Below are positions 12,423-25,993 of a stretch of DNA of 64,000 nt, in pieces. Made by a program: the position numbers and the translations under genes. This DNA comes from Nymphaea colorata (lineage: Eukaryota). Where the stretch lies: positions 33,728,001 through 33,792,000 of the forward strand of contig NC_045138.2 of NCBI RefSeq assembly GCF_008831285.2, read 5' to 3'. Each line of letters opens with the position of its first letter. The stretch's first letter is position 1. The notes under the pieces are model-generated. The model ran no database searches, was not told where the DNA came from, and saw only the letters and a list, made by a program, of their open reading frames with translations.

Positions 12423-13559
12423 ATAGCGCGTCCATTTTTGTCATATGCAGTTACTTATCTACTTTTGCTCTTATTGAGTATTAATTCCAAAGGGAAAGGA
12501 AGACGCTTTTCTCCTGCATCTCGACTTCTAGACCACCACCTTTGTCTTCCGTATATAGTAGAGGTGAAAAAAAAAAAAAAATCTGCTGCTTAAAACCCTT
12601 AACCCCATTGGAAACAGGATTTCTGCTCTGCCAGGCTAAAAACACCACCCAATGCTACAAAGCACCAGCCGGTCCAAGGGAGCAAGTCTAATGTAATTCC
12701 CCCAAAAAAAATTATGCAATTACGTTCTCCGAATCAAACGTCCTTTTTCTAAATTTGTAACTTCATAAATGCTGTTTGCATGCTTTAAAACCTCCATGTC
12801 ATTCTTCAACTAGTCTTTCTCGACTGAAAGATTCCAAATTTCCGAGGTGATAAGACGGGAAAAGTTAAATCCCACTTTGTAAGTTCTGGTTAAAGTTGTG
12901 AAAAACAAATAGATAGTTGTGTCAAAAGCACGGACGACATGTGTATCACTCCCCCTTCTCATCATTTTTCATCTTGTGAACAAAGACACGTAACAACCGA
13001 CTTAATTGACTTTGGTTTCACGTCATTCATTATTTTTCTTTGTTTCGCCTTAAGGTCCGGTGAATACCTGAAGACCAAAAGAATCTAAACCGAAATGCCA
13101 AACAAACCTGACACAGTCACACTCGATGAATTCTTGACGCGCGAAATTCATGCATTAGATGGTGGAACAGACGGTACAAACTTCAAACCATATTTTCGTT
13201 CGTTTTTTCTTTAAAGCCTAAAAATGTAATCGCCGTCTCTTTGCTATATTTTATAGAGAATCGTACAAGAATTTTTTGTTGCCCCCATTCTCCAAGTTTC
13301 TGGGAAATCATACGCAATGACCTGTAAATCAATCTCATCTAAATGAAAATTTGACCAAACCATCCATGCCGAGTCCACCTCAATATTCAAGATATTGGAA
13401 CTCCAAATTATTATTAAACGTATTTACAAGTAATAAGTTCTATATGTATCCTGTAGCACAAAGCCTCTCGACAACTTCCGTGAAATGTATCTATAAGCTC
13501 GTCAACATAATCCACATCACTCGCGTGAAAAGGAACATAACAAGAAGTCCTCTCTTTCA

Positions 13560-16500
13560 TCAGAACGGAGAGAAGTGCTGCAGATCCGGGTGTACATTGC
13601 TTCCAGGCCGCCGCGGGTTCCTATTAAAATTGCCAAGAAATTTCGTAAGACAAAATAGAAAAAGACGAAGGAAACATATTGAAACGAGAAAGACAACTCA
13701 TCTTCCACCGCTTCGTGGATCCGGTCATGCATACTTACAACTACATGATGATCCCCATGGAACCAAGAGAGCATAACAAGCCTACTTATAGCAAAGGTCA
13801 TGGTCTCCATGCCATTAAAGAATCTCATTTGAATATTTCAACGTGGTAGACCTCATATAAATTTGCAAAGGGACAGAATAGGATAATAAAACAAGCAAGT
13901 TCAGGAAGCCCAGATACCATGATGACCAAGGTAATAAATACAAATTGATGGCAACTAAAAAAGAAGCATTCGAAGGAGTTACTACTTACTACTATCATAC
14001 AGCATTTTAATGTCACAGTACAAATATGCACTAGAGCAGATCATGTGGGATACTAATCAGTTACTTGGGAAGGGTGAACTAGCAAGCAGCATGTACCATG
14101 CCACTAACAAAATGTCTTCCCTGGATGAATTTTCAGTAGCAACCTGAATCTCTTTCATCTGAACTGATTCCTCTCTCTTCATCACATCCTCCTCAATGGA
14201 CCCAATTTTCAAGAGGGACACTGACTAGAGGGCAATCTTCAAACTCAAGTACCCCCCACCCCCTAACAAGACCTTCAAGGCTGAAGGTAGTGCCTTAAAT
14301 GCTGACCAAGTTAAACAGACAAGATGGTTATATATCTCTTTGGCAAGGGTCCAGCAAGGGTTGCCAAAGGCTAAGCGTAGTATAACCAATAAGTTTTCAG
14401 GTCCAACTTTCACTGTGTCACGTGAAAGAAAAGGCCCACAGTGTCATTGAAGCTCATTGCGTGAAGCTCTTTAATCTAATCAGGTCTAGATGATTAAAGG
14501 GCGTTGGAATAACAAAAGAAAGAGGAATGATTTGTCTCTGTTTCCAACCTCCATGGGACATATCCAACGTTACATACTGACGACGGAGTCAACATGCAGA
14601 ACAAGAGACTGAATGCGAATCCTAAATTTTTCAACCTGATTGGTCAATAAATCAGTTTGCTGACAAAATAAACTTCTAAAGAAAGTTCAATTTCGAACCA
14701 TGATGAAAGAATGCTTTTGTCATTGCCATGCCCTTCAGCAAAGCCAGTTCTAATGGAACAAATCACGTTATGTTTCCACTCATGCACCAAAATAACATCC
14801 GTCCTTAAAAATAATTAAGCAGCCACACTTTTCAAACACCCCAATGCATTCATCACCATTCAACGTTCATGGATACATTTTTACCAATCCAAGACATACC
14901 TCACAAAACGACTCGGTTCAAAACCGGGAACATCAGGAGGACCATATGGATCAAACCGTGCTCCAGGCGGCACAAATCTATGAAGAACAGAACAGAATAT
15001 CAGCATATTCACAATAGTGGATATCCTATCAAAAATTGAGAGAAGGATAAAGCTTACGGCACTCCGCCAGACATAGGATCAGGATCTCCATGTATCCCGT
15101 TCCAGCGTGGATCATTTGGTCCTGTTAAAACAACAAAAATTAGGTAGTAGTTCAAGATTAACTTCTTAAGTATAGGCATATTCCTAAAGATCACATTGGT
15201 TCATGTGGTACAGACCTAAAAGCATTCCTCCATAACTCCCATAAGTATCCCTGGATAAAGAACAGAAAAAAGAAAAAAGTTCTAACAAATTATGCTCATT
15301 TATCGAGGAAAAATGACATATAGTGGATGGAACTAGAACCTGGCAGGATACATGCCAGCACCAAGACTTGGATAAAGATCGTTAGCTCCAAGAGGTGGGA
15401 TTGGTGGGGCTGGAGCAGGTCTACAGATAAATGAACAAAGGATCATCTCATGTCACAAGTAGAAAAACGAAAAGAAAAATGGAGAAGCAAAAAAACTTGC
15501 TCTAAACATATAAAGGCAAAGAATAGGCAACAACCATAGCGCCCGCCAACAATTAGATAAGAGCACACAAACTGGAAAAAAAAAAGTTTATTCTTTCCAA
15601 GACCCAAAAAGGAAACTGGTCAAGCCTAAACGACGACGGTATAATTTTCTAGTGAGAAGCTAATCTTTGTCAACAGTTATAGCTACCAGAAATATATGTT
15701 GAACTGAAGACAATAAGAAGTTTAAGAAATATATTCTGCAGAAAAATGTTAAGGCACATCCATTAGTGACAAAAAGTAAAGAGTCAACCATCAAAAGATT
15801 TATTTGAGGCTCCACCCAAAAATAGTGCAAATAGTCAACCACAAAAACTAGATTGATCACATGAGAAACTCAGTGCTAGAAGTTCTGGATGGTGGAGGAG
15901 ATTAAGGAAATTCAACCTTGTATTTAACTGTCAATGTTTGAAAGAAATGCAACATATGCATAAGATATACGAACAAACACACAATTGTCACCAGGGTGCA
16001 TGGATCTGCATTGTCCTCCAACCAGTTAAAGCCAATCAAGATCCAGCTTCAACATTTATTATCACTGCTAGACACTAATAAGACAAATCCGGCTCCACTC
16101 ACCCCCTTTCCTCTTCGCCAAAAACATAATGAAAAAAGACAGATACAAAAGTAAATGAAGAACACAAGAAAGCACCATCCAGAAGAACTTAAGAAAAGAA
16201 GGAAAACAGATCTCATAGAGAAAAGGAAATGTAAGACAATGCCAAATGGCCTCAAAATTTACTTCAATATCATCAAGTTTGCGAAATAGGATGAGAGATT
16301 CACATCTAAGTTGCAATGAAAATAAAGTTTATATCAGACTACCTTATCGAAGTTGTACCAGGCTCTCGACCAAACCCAATATCAGGTTGCCCTTGACCAT
16401 GTTCTTCCCCTATCTGTAATCTACATGCAAGCACATAATTGGATTCAGACAATGAGAGAGAAAAGCTCATTGTTTTTCAAATAACCAATAATATCAAACA

Positions 16501-18098
16501 AGCCTGAATAAAGAATTTTAGAGGTATAATCATATTTATCATATGACAAATCTAATGAATAATTTCTTCTACTAGCACCTTCATATGCATTCAATCTCAT
16601 TTATGAAATGATTTAAATGATTAATCTTTTCAAAAAAAATCTTATTGCATCATGCCTTCCATTTGAAACCTCTTAATAATAAAGAGAAAGAGAGAGAGAG
16701 AGAGCCAAGTGACACAAAGTTGCTATTTCGTTCTTTTATTCTCCCGACCTGGCTTTATTACAATTTAATCTAGAAATTAAACCCAAATAATAATGTCAGC
16801 AGGTTAATGAGTTTATAATCCCCTAAGTGACTAATTTCATAGATAAGCTGTTGAAAGGATAGGAAAATCTTAGTCAGCGACTCAGGAAACAACTACTAGC
16901 TCAATTCAAAGACCAAATACAAAAATAGCAACATAATAATGAGCTCGACATATTGTTCCACCTAGATCATGCCCAACAAGAAGATAAATCACATGCTAGA
17001 AGGAGACCAATAAAAGGATATAGCAGGTTCTTACTCAAACAAGCCACTTCTTGGCTCCCAATAATTACTTCTTACAATATTCATTCATTAGGGAAAGGAT
17101 CACTTCACAGACCTCGTCTCCAGTTCAAGCTGAAACATGGGCCCCTACATATATGGAGAGGCGGCTTGGACGCCAAAAAGGCTAATCTTCTGCAGCGGGG
17201 AGGAATCCAAGAACCCTATCTAGATTCAGTCGTCAAACTGATCTTGATAACACAAATTAAGATGGCAAGACCCGTGTATGAAGTTGAAGCTTTTTCCATG
17301 CATTATCCAATAATACACATCAAACATCAATTGAGCAAACACTAGAATATGACAGTTTATGGTCTGACAAAGATGAATGTCACAATCGAACTAGCCTATG
17401 GCATCTTTGTTGCTATCAAATTCGATAAGTTGCTTCCTCTGTGATGCAGCATTTTTTTCATCTCATAGCAGAAGAATACCCATTCTTGTAGCTGATTAAA
17501 AGAACTAATATTTCTCGCATAAACAAATTCTCAATACAATACTCGCAAAGGATTTCATATCAATTCAGGGATTGTCGAACTATCAATTTAATGACATCTC
17601 AATTAAAAGTAGAGCTAGGATTTACACCACACCTAGATTTTGATGAACTAGATCCCTCCTCTGGCTGGTCCTCAAGTTTCGACAGAATAGAACCATTGAT
17701 ATTCTTAACAAACTCGGGCAGATTCTTATAAAGTTCACTATAGTTTGCTGAAGAGCCATCGCGGACGTAGTCGCCAACCCTACAAGCAAAAGCAACAATT
17801 CTCAAATAGCAGTTCCGCCATCGAAAAACCCTCGTTCGAGCATGCCCAAAAGAAAATCAGGAAAAATGAAGTGGAAAGAATACTTGATCTGAAGATCGAG
17901 GGGCGCTTTCCGCTCCCCATCGCCGGTTGGGACGGCGTCCACCGTAAGTATGTCCCCAAACGCCAAGCATTTGACCAACACCGTCTTCTTCCTGCCTTTG
18001 TCATCGGTTTTCTTGTAAAGGAACCCATACGAGTCCTCCAGTTCGTTCCACCCCTCTGTTCCCACTTCCTCTTCACCTAATCAACCAGGAAATGCATC

Positions 18099-18135
<37 letters not shown>

Positions 18136-18316
18136 ATCACCTACCGATGGAAAGAAGCGAAGAAATTTCACCGAGAGCGGATTTCCCGGCAGCAGTAAGG
18201 ACATAATCGGCTGAGAAGAAGGAGGCGTGCACCAGGAACGCCACCTTGTCGTGGTCGTTCCGGAACGACGGCCGGGACGCCCTTATAACCGCCATCACCG
18301 ACTTGTCGCTCGCCAT
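13560..18316 (-). CDS. PI31: Proteasome inhibitor/regulator PI31 (PSMF1 family), 9 exons
   Basis: Exons 18316-18145, 18076-17884, 17779-17633, 16420-16343, 15420-15340, 15250-15216, 15121-15058, 14977-14900, 13620-13560, all GT-AG and in frame. N-terminus MASDKSVMAVIRASRPSFRNDHDKVAFLVHASF; Pro-rich C-terminus GMLLGPNDPRW, VPPGARFDPYGPPDVPGFEP, VHPDLQHF. Confidence 0.93.
18103..18134 (+). repeat. (GA)n microsatellite in PI31 intron 1
   Basis: Perfect AG run. Confidence 0.9.
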
Positions 18317-20049
18317 GTCACCTTAGTGACTCTTCTTCTTCCTCTTCTTCCTCCCTCTCTACCCCTCTCGACTGATCGATGCCAACTCGCAGAACCTAGA
18401 TAACAATCCAAGAGAGCCTCGTGCCGCCTTCCCTCTTTCCCTGGATGTTCAATCTTAGCTAGTCAAACCGGAGACGTGTCTTCTCGAAGCGAATCCATAG
18501 ATAACTTGCACATAAATCCGAAGTGGGACTTTTAAGATCCAGGTCTGGTTTTATGTGTGACCCGCTTCACAACGATAGTTCCAGCAAACGGACAATCTGA
18601 AAATCAAACTCAAGATTTAATATCTCTCAAATCTATAGACTGAAGATTTAATATCTCTCAAATTTATAGATTTCAAGTCTCAAGGGGTAATTGGCAAAAA
18701 TTTTGAATCTTAAATATAATTTAAAAAAAAATCTAAAAGGTCATTTTATTGTTGTTGTCCACTGAGATAGGACAGACAGAATGTTATGTTATGTCTATCA
18801 CACTACTGTCTTATCCTCATAAAATTTCTTGTTCATCGTTTGATGATTTTAGGAACAAAAGACTACGTTTTTCTTATCTGATGTTTGTTACTCTTCTGTC
18901 TATTCTATCTGGTGGCGTTTGTTTTTATTCTGTCTGATTTATTTGTTATGTCCAATGTTTGTGTCTTTCATCGTCAATTTTGTCTATATTGTCTAGTATT
19001 TGTTTATATAACAATCTTTAAGAAACCAATATTATCCTTAAGAAACCAGTATTGTAGGTAGCGGAATGGATTTATTTTATTCAAAAAATGGGTCCATCCA
19101 AGTCGCAATTATTAGTTTTTAATAACTAAATCAATCGATCCTAGTGCTTGAGTTAGACTTCCCTCTCTCTCTCTCTCAGAGCAGTTGATGATGTCAATGC
19201 AGTGAATTACATTTTTTAGGTTGATGTATATAAAAGTCGACAAGGTAGAAGGCTTAAGCTCAATTGTTTTAAATATAAGACTTCGTAAATAAGTGCTACT
19301 TGTAAGTATGCAAAAAAAAAAAAAAAAAATCTTGCTTTCAAGTCAACAACTAAATAAAATAATCATAAGCCGTAGTACAGAAGAAACTTTTAGAAGCCTA
19401 TTACTTCTCATAGACATATCTTTCGTTTGACTCCATGATGGAGCGCAAGAAATGAAAGCATAGACCTGTCAAGTTACATCTTCCTCTGATTCGCTGTTTA
19501 TTGGCTATCTATTTGTGCAACAAAGCTCGCAAGAGAGAGAGAAAAAAAGAGATTGCAGATTTGCGGTACCTTTCGAGATTCACCATTCTAATTGTTTATC
19601 AACCACAACTCCATAGAGAAAGCACTTGTTTACGAATGGCACCACCTAGGGAGTTCAGAGTCTGAATAACCTTTTGCGCCTATTATCTACTGATAGATAT
19701 GATACATTTATCTTTTCCTAAATCTGTTTCCTTTGAAAATTTAGTTAAAGGCTAACCGAACATACAAGCTATGTCGCTGTAAAATTGAACTTTCAACTAA
19801 ACCCATAAATTAAATCATCGTGACATTAGACTCAGCTGCGTCGAAGCTTAGCACCTGAGTTGGTTTACTGCCCGACAGTCAAATTTTAACAAAGAAATAA
19901 AATCCCTATTGAGAAAGCACAGTAGTCTGCAAGTTTTCTTCCCCCAGGAGTGGAGCTACCACCCCTTGACCATTTGTACCACCCATTTCATCTGACTGTG
20001 TCTTTACTTGTTGTTCACCCCTTAGTTTGGAAGTAGTAGTCGCTGACGT

Positions 20050-20345
20050 AGTAGAATGAGGAGAAGGTGGGAAAGAGAAAGGGTGAGGGCAGCTTGGGGG
20101 CAGAGATGGAGGAGGAGGAGAGAAAGAGAAAGGGCAACAACGCGCTCAGGGGTGGAGACGGAGGAGAATGAAAGAAAGAGAAATGACAACAACCGTTCGG
20201 GGGCGAAGACAGAAGAGAATGAGAGAAAGAGAAAGAGCGAGGGCCGAGACAGAGGAGAATGAGAGAAAAAGAAAAGGCGACGGCAGCTCAAGGGCAAAGA
20301 CGAGGAGAAAGAGAGAAAGAGAAAGGGCAAGGGTAGCTCGGGGCC
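20050..20345 (+). repeat. Purine-rich low-complexity repeat array, probably internal to a non-autonomous element
   Basis: Recurring GAGAATGA[GA]AGAAAGAGAAA and GGGGC.AAGAC.GAGGAG units. The overlapping ORFs are compositional artefacts. Confidence 0.7.
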
Positions 20346-21169
20346 AAGAGGTTGTTGTGTCCCATGTTGTTCTGCTTGAAACAGTATGAAACATAGGATA
20401 ATTTATACTCCCTGTCCAATCGTATGTGGTGTTCATCTTGTATGTTTGATAAAAAAATCAATTAAACAGGAGGACACGCGTCTTCTATTCCACGTACCAT
20501 CTGGCCATCAAACACCTTCTTAAGGGCAAAACTGAGTGGCACAACAAATTTTTCACAATGGTTGGCACCATTTGCAACAGCGAAAAAAGAAATACTCAAA
20601 CCATGGTAAGTTTTTAATATTAATGCTTATCAAGAACATTCAATATTTTACTCGTTGGTTTCAAAAAAAAAAAAAAAAAATTAGTGTGCCCCACCGCACG
20701 TGTGCGCTCGTGACTCGTTAAATTAACACCGTAGTCAGTTCCCTATCTCACCTTAGTTAGACTGGATAGTTGCCACTTTTCTGCCCATAACCACGTCTGT
20801 GACCCCTAGTTTCTAGGTATTATATATCTCCTCAAGCTCAAGTTGTATTTCAAGGGAAGAGCAGAACCAGGGGAGTCCGGACCCAGTTGACTGAGCCAGT
20901 TGGCAGTCAAACCGTGACCTTATCTGCCAGCCCCGAACTGACTGGGCCCGTCAAGTATTGGCTCGTTGCCATTAAAGGATGTGCGCACTCGGACGAGTTG
21001 CTCGTCGTCCAGCGATGCAGTCAACAGCCCAATCTCTTCAGGTGGGACTGGTTTCAGTGCTCTCTCAATTATTACCCTACAAATTCACGGGCTGAGTTAG
21101 TTAGACTAATTCGCGTGTGCAAGCTACTTCTACTATAATTTGTTACTTTTAATATAAAGTTTTAACAAT

Positions 21170-21337
21170 TAGTGGTGTAGCCAAATGGTGGCTGGTGTGG
21201 GCTTCACAAAATTAGTTATTAGTTTAATATATATGTTAATGTTTTGATATATTTGATTGTTATACATGAAAATGCCGCAAAGAAATTATAGATATTGAAT
21301 GAGTGCTCTACTAGAAAAAATTCTAACTCCACTAGTG
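21170..21337. mobile_element. Degenerate MITE-like element
   Basis: Imperfect terminal inverted repeats AGTGGTGTAGCCAAAT and ATTCTAACTCCACTAGT around an AT-rich core. Confidence 0.4.
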
Positions 21338-22048
21338 TTAACAACTAAAGCTTAGTTAGAAATACAAGTTGAAGCAGTTTGCAGGAGGAAAAGGGCATGC
21401 CGCAAGCATTTTAATGTGGGTCGGGACTCTGCTTCAACAATGACAAATAAGGAGCTTGATCACACTTCCTTTGCTAACCTAGCGAGGAATTGAAATCAGC
21501 TGGCTGCCTTATGTTGTTGGATGATAAAATATTTAAAAATTGTTACTAAAAATGCAGTGCGACCGACCGACAACAGTTTATAGTATAGCGACAGTTTAAG
21601 TTTCATTTAAAATATTTAACCTAGCCGGCATATTTCAGTTTTCCATAACATAACATAAGTTCTCAATCTCATGATAATTTTAGTGTGTCAGAATGACGAA
21701 GAAACCAATCACCGCATATAGGAGACAATACTAAAGGCACGAAAGGATCGGATTTGGGTACGTGTTTTCCAAAGACCGCATATACAACATACCGAAAGAT
21801 TGGGTAATAAAAGAGAAAAAAGTAAGTCCGGAAAATTTACTCCTTGTTGATTATTGATCTCACATGGAAAAAAGAAAAGGGGGTTAACTCGCTCAATATT
21901 TACAGATAGAATCAATCAACTGGAAAATTTTTCCTATACATCGGAAATGTTTTCCGATTTCCACAAGCACTAGTTTCCGATTAGCTTCATCACCAGGATG
22001 GTCCATTAGTTTGTAGCTCCAAACGGAAGCAAGGTCGAGAACGAACTT

Positions 22049-22390
22049 TTACTTTTCACTGCTGCAAGGGCAGGTGCTAGACGTCCTCGTGACCCGAATG
22101 TAGCAAAATATGACAACAGCAGCGGTGACGCCGAGGCCAGCGAGTATGGCGCAACCGCCCAGAAACGACCGATCACCGGCCTCGTGGCCGCCGAACCGCC
22201 GGCCGGACATCACTCCAGCTGGCTCAACCTGCACGCGCTCACTAGCTCGGTGTTTGGGGAGCCCCCCCGGCAATTCGTTGCTCGAACCGGGCTGTGGCGG
22301 GGAAGGACCGGACGCGGGCGCGTCGGCGCCGAAGGAGGCAACGCAGAGGAGCGCCAGAACAAGGAGAAGGAGACACCACCTAGCGGCCAT
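22049..22390 (-). CDS. Small signal-peptide, single-pass membrane protein, paralogue 1 (uncharacterised)
   Basis: Intronless GC-rich 113-aa ORF: hydrophobic N-terminus, P/A/S-rich region, RRFGGH, TM GGCAILAGLGVTAAVVIFCYIRVTR. TATAAAA about 85 nt upstream. Confidence 0.85.
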   Translation of the reverse strand: MAARWCLLLLVLALLCVASFGADAPASGPSPPQPGSSNELPGGLPKHRASERVQVEPAGVMSGRRFGGHEAGDRSFLGGCAILAGLGVTAAVVIFCYIRVTRTSSTCPCSSEK

Positions 22391-23822
22391 TTGAAGCCGA
22401 GAGGAAGGAAGTTGCTGTCAAGGGTTTGGAGCTCATGCTATCATGAAGCGGAAGGGAGACTGAGCGTGCGGTTTTATATGGGAGAAATGGCGGAGGGGAC
22501 CAAAAGATACAACTGTTGCCGAGCTAAGTGCCAGCAGGCGACTTGATTTTCAAGGTAAGGAAAACGCGGAGGTCGAATTTAAAGAAAAGAGCGGACAAAC
22601 TTTCTTTTGTGTGTTCTCGGTAAGACAGCTTGTGATTGGGTAGGTGCCCCTTGTTATGAGGGCCGATGCACATATCCTGCAGCCCAACTTTAAAAGCTGT
22701 GATAACGACGTTTAGACCATACACTTAAGTCGGCATGATCTATCTTATCGGGCGATTTTCGATAATTTTCACTTCATTATATCGACTGATATATTCATAA
22801 ATAAAGGTGTTCCCGGATTGAACCCTGGTGTTTGATAATTATAATTTGGACCCACATCGGTCAGGGACATGGGCAATTGAATTCCTCTTGATTGGTGGTC
22901 CAGCACCCACTGCTGAGTCGAATGTCCCAATTATGTCATTTTGGTTACAATACAATCAGAGTATTAATTCGGACATCCATTTCGCGGCTGAGACTGAGAG
23001 TGACCCATACTCCAAAGGGATGGCGTAGGAACGATCCGCCAGTGGTCCCAGCTCGTTCTCTAATTTGTGGGTGTGCTAATTGGGACTTGAGTAGTTGTTG
23101 TTGTTGTTGGAGTGTGGAGCTTGATAGTTTTTTTTAATTTTTATTAATTTTTTTTAAAGACATTTATGTTTTTTTTTTTGCTTTGCACGTTTTGCTTTAA
23201 TTTTATGTTTATGAGGGCACAGTTTTTGTAATTTTCTGTGATAGTAAAAACTGCCTTGTATGGCGGTCCGAACAACGTAAATCTTTGTGTGTGTTTTTTT
23301 CTCTTTCCCTTCTTCCGATTTTCATTCTCTTGGAGTATTAAGAAGAGAGTCTGAAAGAGATTTGTTTCTACAATTGTGAGAGTTTTAAAGGCTCTCCATG
23401 AATGGGTCAGGACCAAGTCCCAACTAAGAGCTGCTGGCAACTCCCTTTGAACATACTGAAAGGTGTTTTTGAAAATCTCTCCGCAACTCGGAAGAATGCC
23501 GAAGAAGAAATTACAGATAATTAAAGCGCTCGAACCTTTGTTGGATTTAAATAAAAAAAAATAAAGAACTTTGTGTTCCCCTACCAAACCATACACTCTA
23601 TGGGCTCCTGCATTGAATAAGGAGTTTCCACCACGAACACACATTTTATGCCTATATTTTACGTATACACGTGCACCAATTATTCTTCTTGTCAAAGATT
23701 GCGAACACATACTGATACACATAATATGACAGTGCCTGCAACTCATTAAAGATGAGAATCGAACTCCATCAGAAAGACAAAAGATGCTCCTTGGCATAAA
23801 ATGGAAAATATAAGAGTAACTT

Positions 23823-23865
<43 letters not shown>

Positions 23866-25422
23866 ATTGAAGATATATTTATAATGAAAAGGTATACTGC
23901 TGCTTGTGGTTGGTTTTTTAAAATTTTGCTTTGCCGGAGAATCTTTTCCATATTTGCTCGGAAAAGTGATCCTTCAACCTGAGAGGAAGCTTCGTAAAAT
24001 CAGCTTTTTCTGCGAAAGAACATCCGTGTGTGGTAGGTCATAGTCATTCCTTGCTGGCTGTTTGCTGCTGAGCTGTAGATGTGTTACGTGTCTGATATCA
24101 ACATATCGGCTGGAAAGATTTAGTTCGCTTCCGTTTGCAGATGGATTTTAAGAAAATCAAGGGGTTCCAGGTCTTGTCAGACCCGCACGTTGGGCTCATT
24201 CAAAGCGCCTAGCTGTTCTTTTAGACCCCTCTGTTGTCCTTTGCTGTTCCTTTAGTTGGCAACTGCACATGATTTTACTTATACAAATGTGAACAAGAAT
24301 CGAAATTTTTCATACCATTTTTTTGTTCATTCCTGCGGTTGAGTTATCTCGCTGTAAGACAATAATTTCATTCAACTTGTGAGAATCAACACAGATCAGT
24401 AAGATGATGTGTTAGATTAAGCTAGAGGGAATGGTATCTGTCAATTCTTCAAATCTACTACTGCCACCTTGCTCACCATTACTTTGAGTTAGAATAGAAT
24501 CTTTAGCACTTCCTTCAGATTAATGATAATATGACTCAATTGTGATGAGGTAGAGTGAAATCAGTCCCCCCTAAGATTAACATAAGGATGAACTTTAACT
24601 GGTAAAAGCATGTAAGTCTCTCGAATATATCAAGGAAAGGATCATTAATCATTTGGTCCTCTACGCCATCACCTCCTATTCGTGCCTGCCGCTTGAGCTT
24701 TAACAGCTCGTGATATGACTGCTCCATTTGCAAGCGACGTTTATGGAACATGGCAGAGCAACTAATGCAAATTAATGGCCGCCTATTTTCAGAGCCATCA
24801 CTCGTGATGGATCGCCTGATAGACGCGCAGTGGATCGTTGCAATGAACGTGTTAGTTGTATGTGTTGTTTGGACATTAATATGTGTATGCAATTCAAAAT
24901 TACCTAGCGAGTTTTTTTGTTGCCATTCACTAAAGGAACTTCCGTGCTTCGATCGGTTCTTTTGAGATGTTGTAATTGAGAGGCTATTACTTGCAAAATT
25001 TACGAAATTTTAGATGGATGAGCTTCTATTGATAAATATATCCTATTTAGACATCAAAATAAACTGGGCCAAGCCCCATTTACGCCCCCAAATCTGAGAG
25101 AAGATATTCTTTGATTGTGTATACCAGGAAGATTGGGGAAATAGGAGATTAATGAAAACCGAATAAAAAATTAATGTGTGTTTCTATGCAAAAACCAACT
25201 GAATCACTTCATAACATATTCAAGATGAAATATTCTTGGCGCTGTAACTGAGCACTTTTTACTCTCCCGCACCTGTGGGAGAAAGACTAAATTTGGCTTG
25301 GAGCAGAAGACATTGATGCGCAAAGACAGAGAGAGAGAGAGAGAGATCCAATTGAACCAATGTGATATTCCTCACTTCTTTGATTTACAAGGCACTGTAC
25401 ATGTTCTTTTGACTGCTATAAT

Positions 25423-25749
25423 CTAAACATTATCTAAAGTTTCCCTTCTAGTGACACGAACGTAACAAACAACAGCAACAATCATGGCGGTGCCAAGGCC
25501 ACCAAGGATGATTCCACCAGCAGCAACAGATTTACTGCTCTCGTTATGATGGCCAAGCCTCCGGGCAGCCGGTGCTGCAGCTTTCACTGCCATGTGCCTA
25601 ACAACCTCACTTCCTGCAGGAGAGGCAGCCGCCGGTCTTCTGCTCGGAGACAATTGCTGCTCCTCCAGAGCAGATGCATCTGATGCCATTGAAACTGCAC
25701 AAACTGTTGCCAGAACTAAGCAGATCAACTGCCACGGAGCCATGGGCAT
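25423..25749 (-). CDS. Small signal-peptide, single-pass membrane protein, paralogue 2
   Basis: 108-aa ORF with signal peptide, APAARRLGHHNESSKSVAAGGIILGGLGTAMIVAVVCYVRVTRRE. TATA box CTATAAAAGG near 25850. Confidence 0.88.
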   Translation of the reverse strand: MPMAPWQLICLVLATVCAVSMASDASALEEQQLSPSRRPAAASPAGSEVVRHMAVKAAAPAARRLGHHNESSKSVAAGGIILGGLGTAMIVAVVCYVRVTRRETLDNV

Positions 25750-25959
25750 GGTAGAGGACCTCTACGAGATTTACAGAATCGCAGCAGAGCTAGAATGGAG
25801 GATGCTATGACCCTGAATCATGAAGAAACGAGTGCACTCGTGAGTCCTTTTATAGTGTCCTCTTTTGCCAATCTGTATCACCGTTTTCATTATTAAAAGA
25901 GTAGTCCCTTCGTTATATTGGTTTTCTTTCTGACGTTGGAATGATTTATACGATATAAT

Positions 25960-25993
25960 GTGTTGGCTTGGTTGGTACTTGTGTTTAATATTT
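25960..25993 (-). promoter_or_regulatory. 34-bp upstream element identical to 31581-31614, containing ACCAACC
   Basis: GTGTTGGCTTGGTTGGTACTTGTGTTTAATATTT is present exactly at both loci, about 210 nt upstream of the ATG. Confidence 0.6.

Noticed and set aside
23144..23866. 240-aa ORF as a gene
   Set aside because: Starts in an (AT)n microsatellite, AT-rich, no recognisable motif.
24141..24170. Micro-exon-like TTTGCAG|ATGGAT..CCAG|GT (MDFKKIKGFQ)
   Set aside because: No partner exons giving a credible ORF were found.
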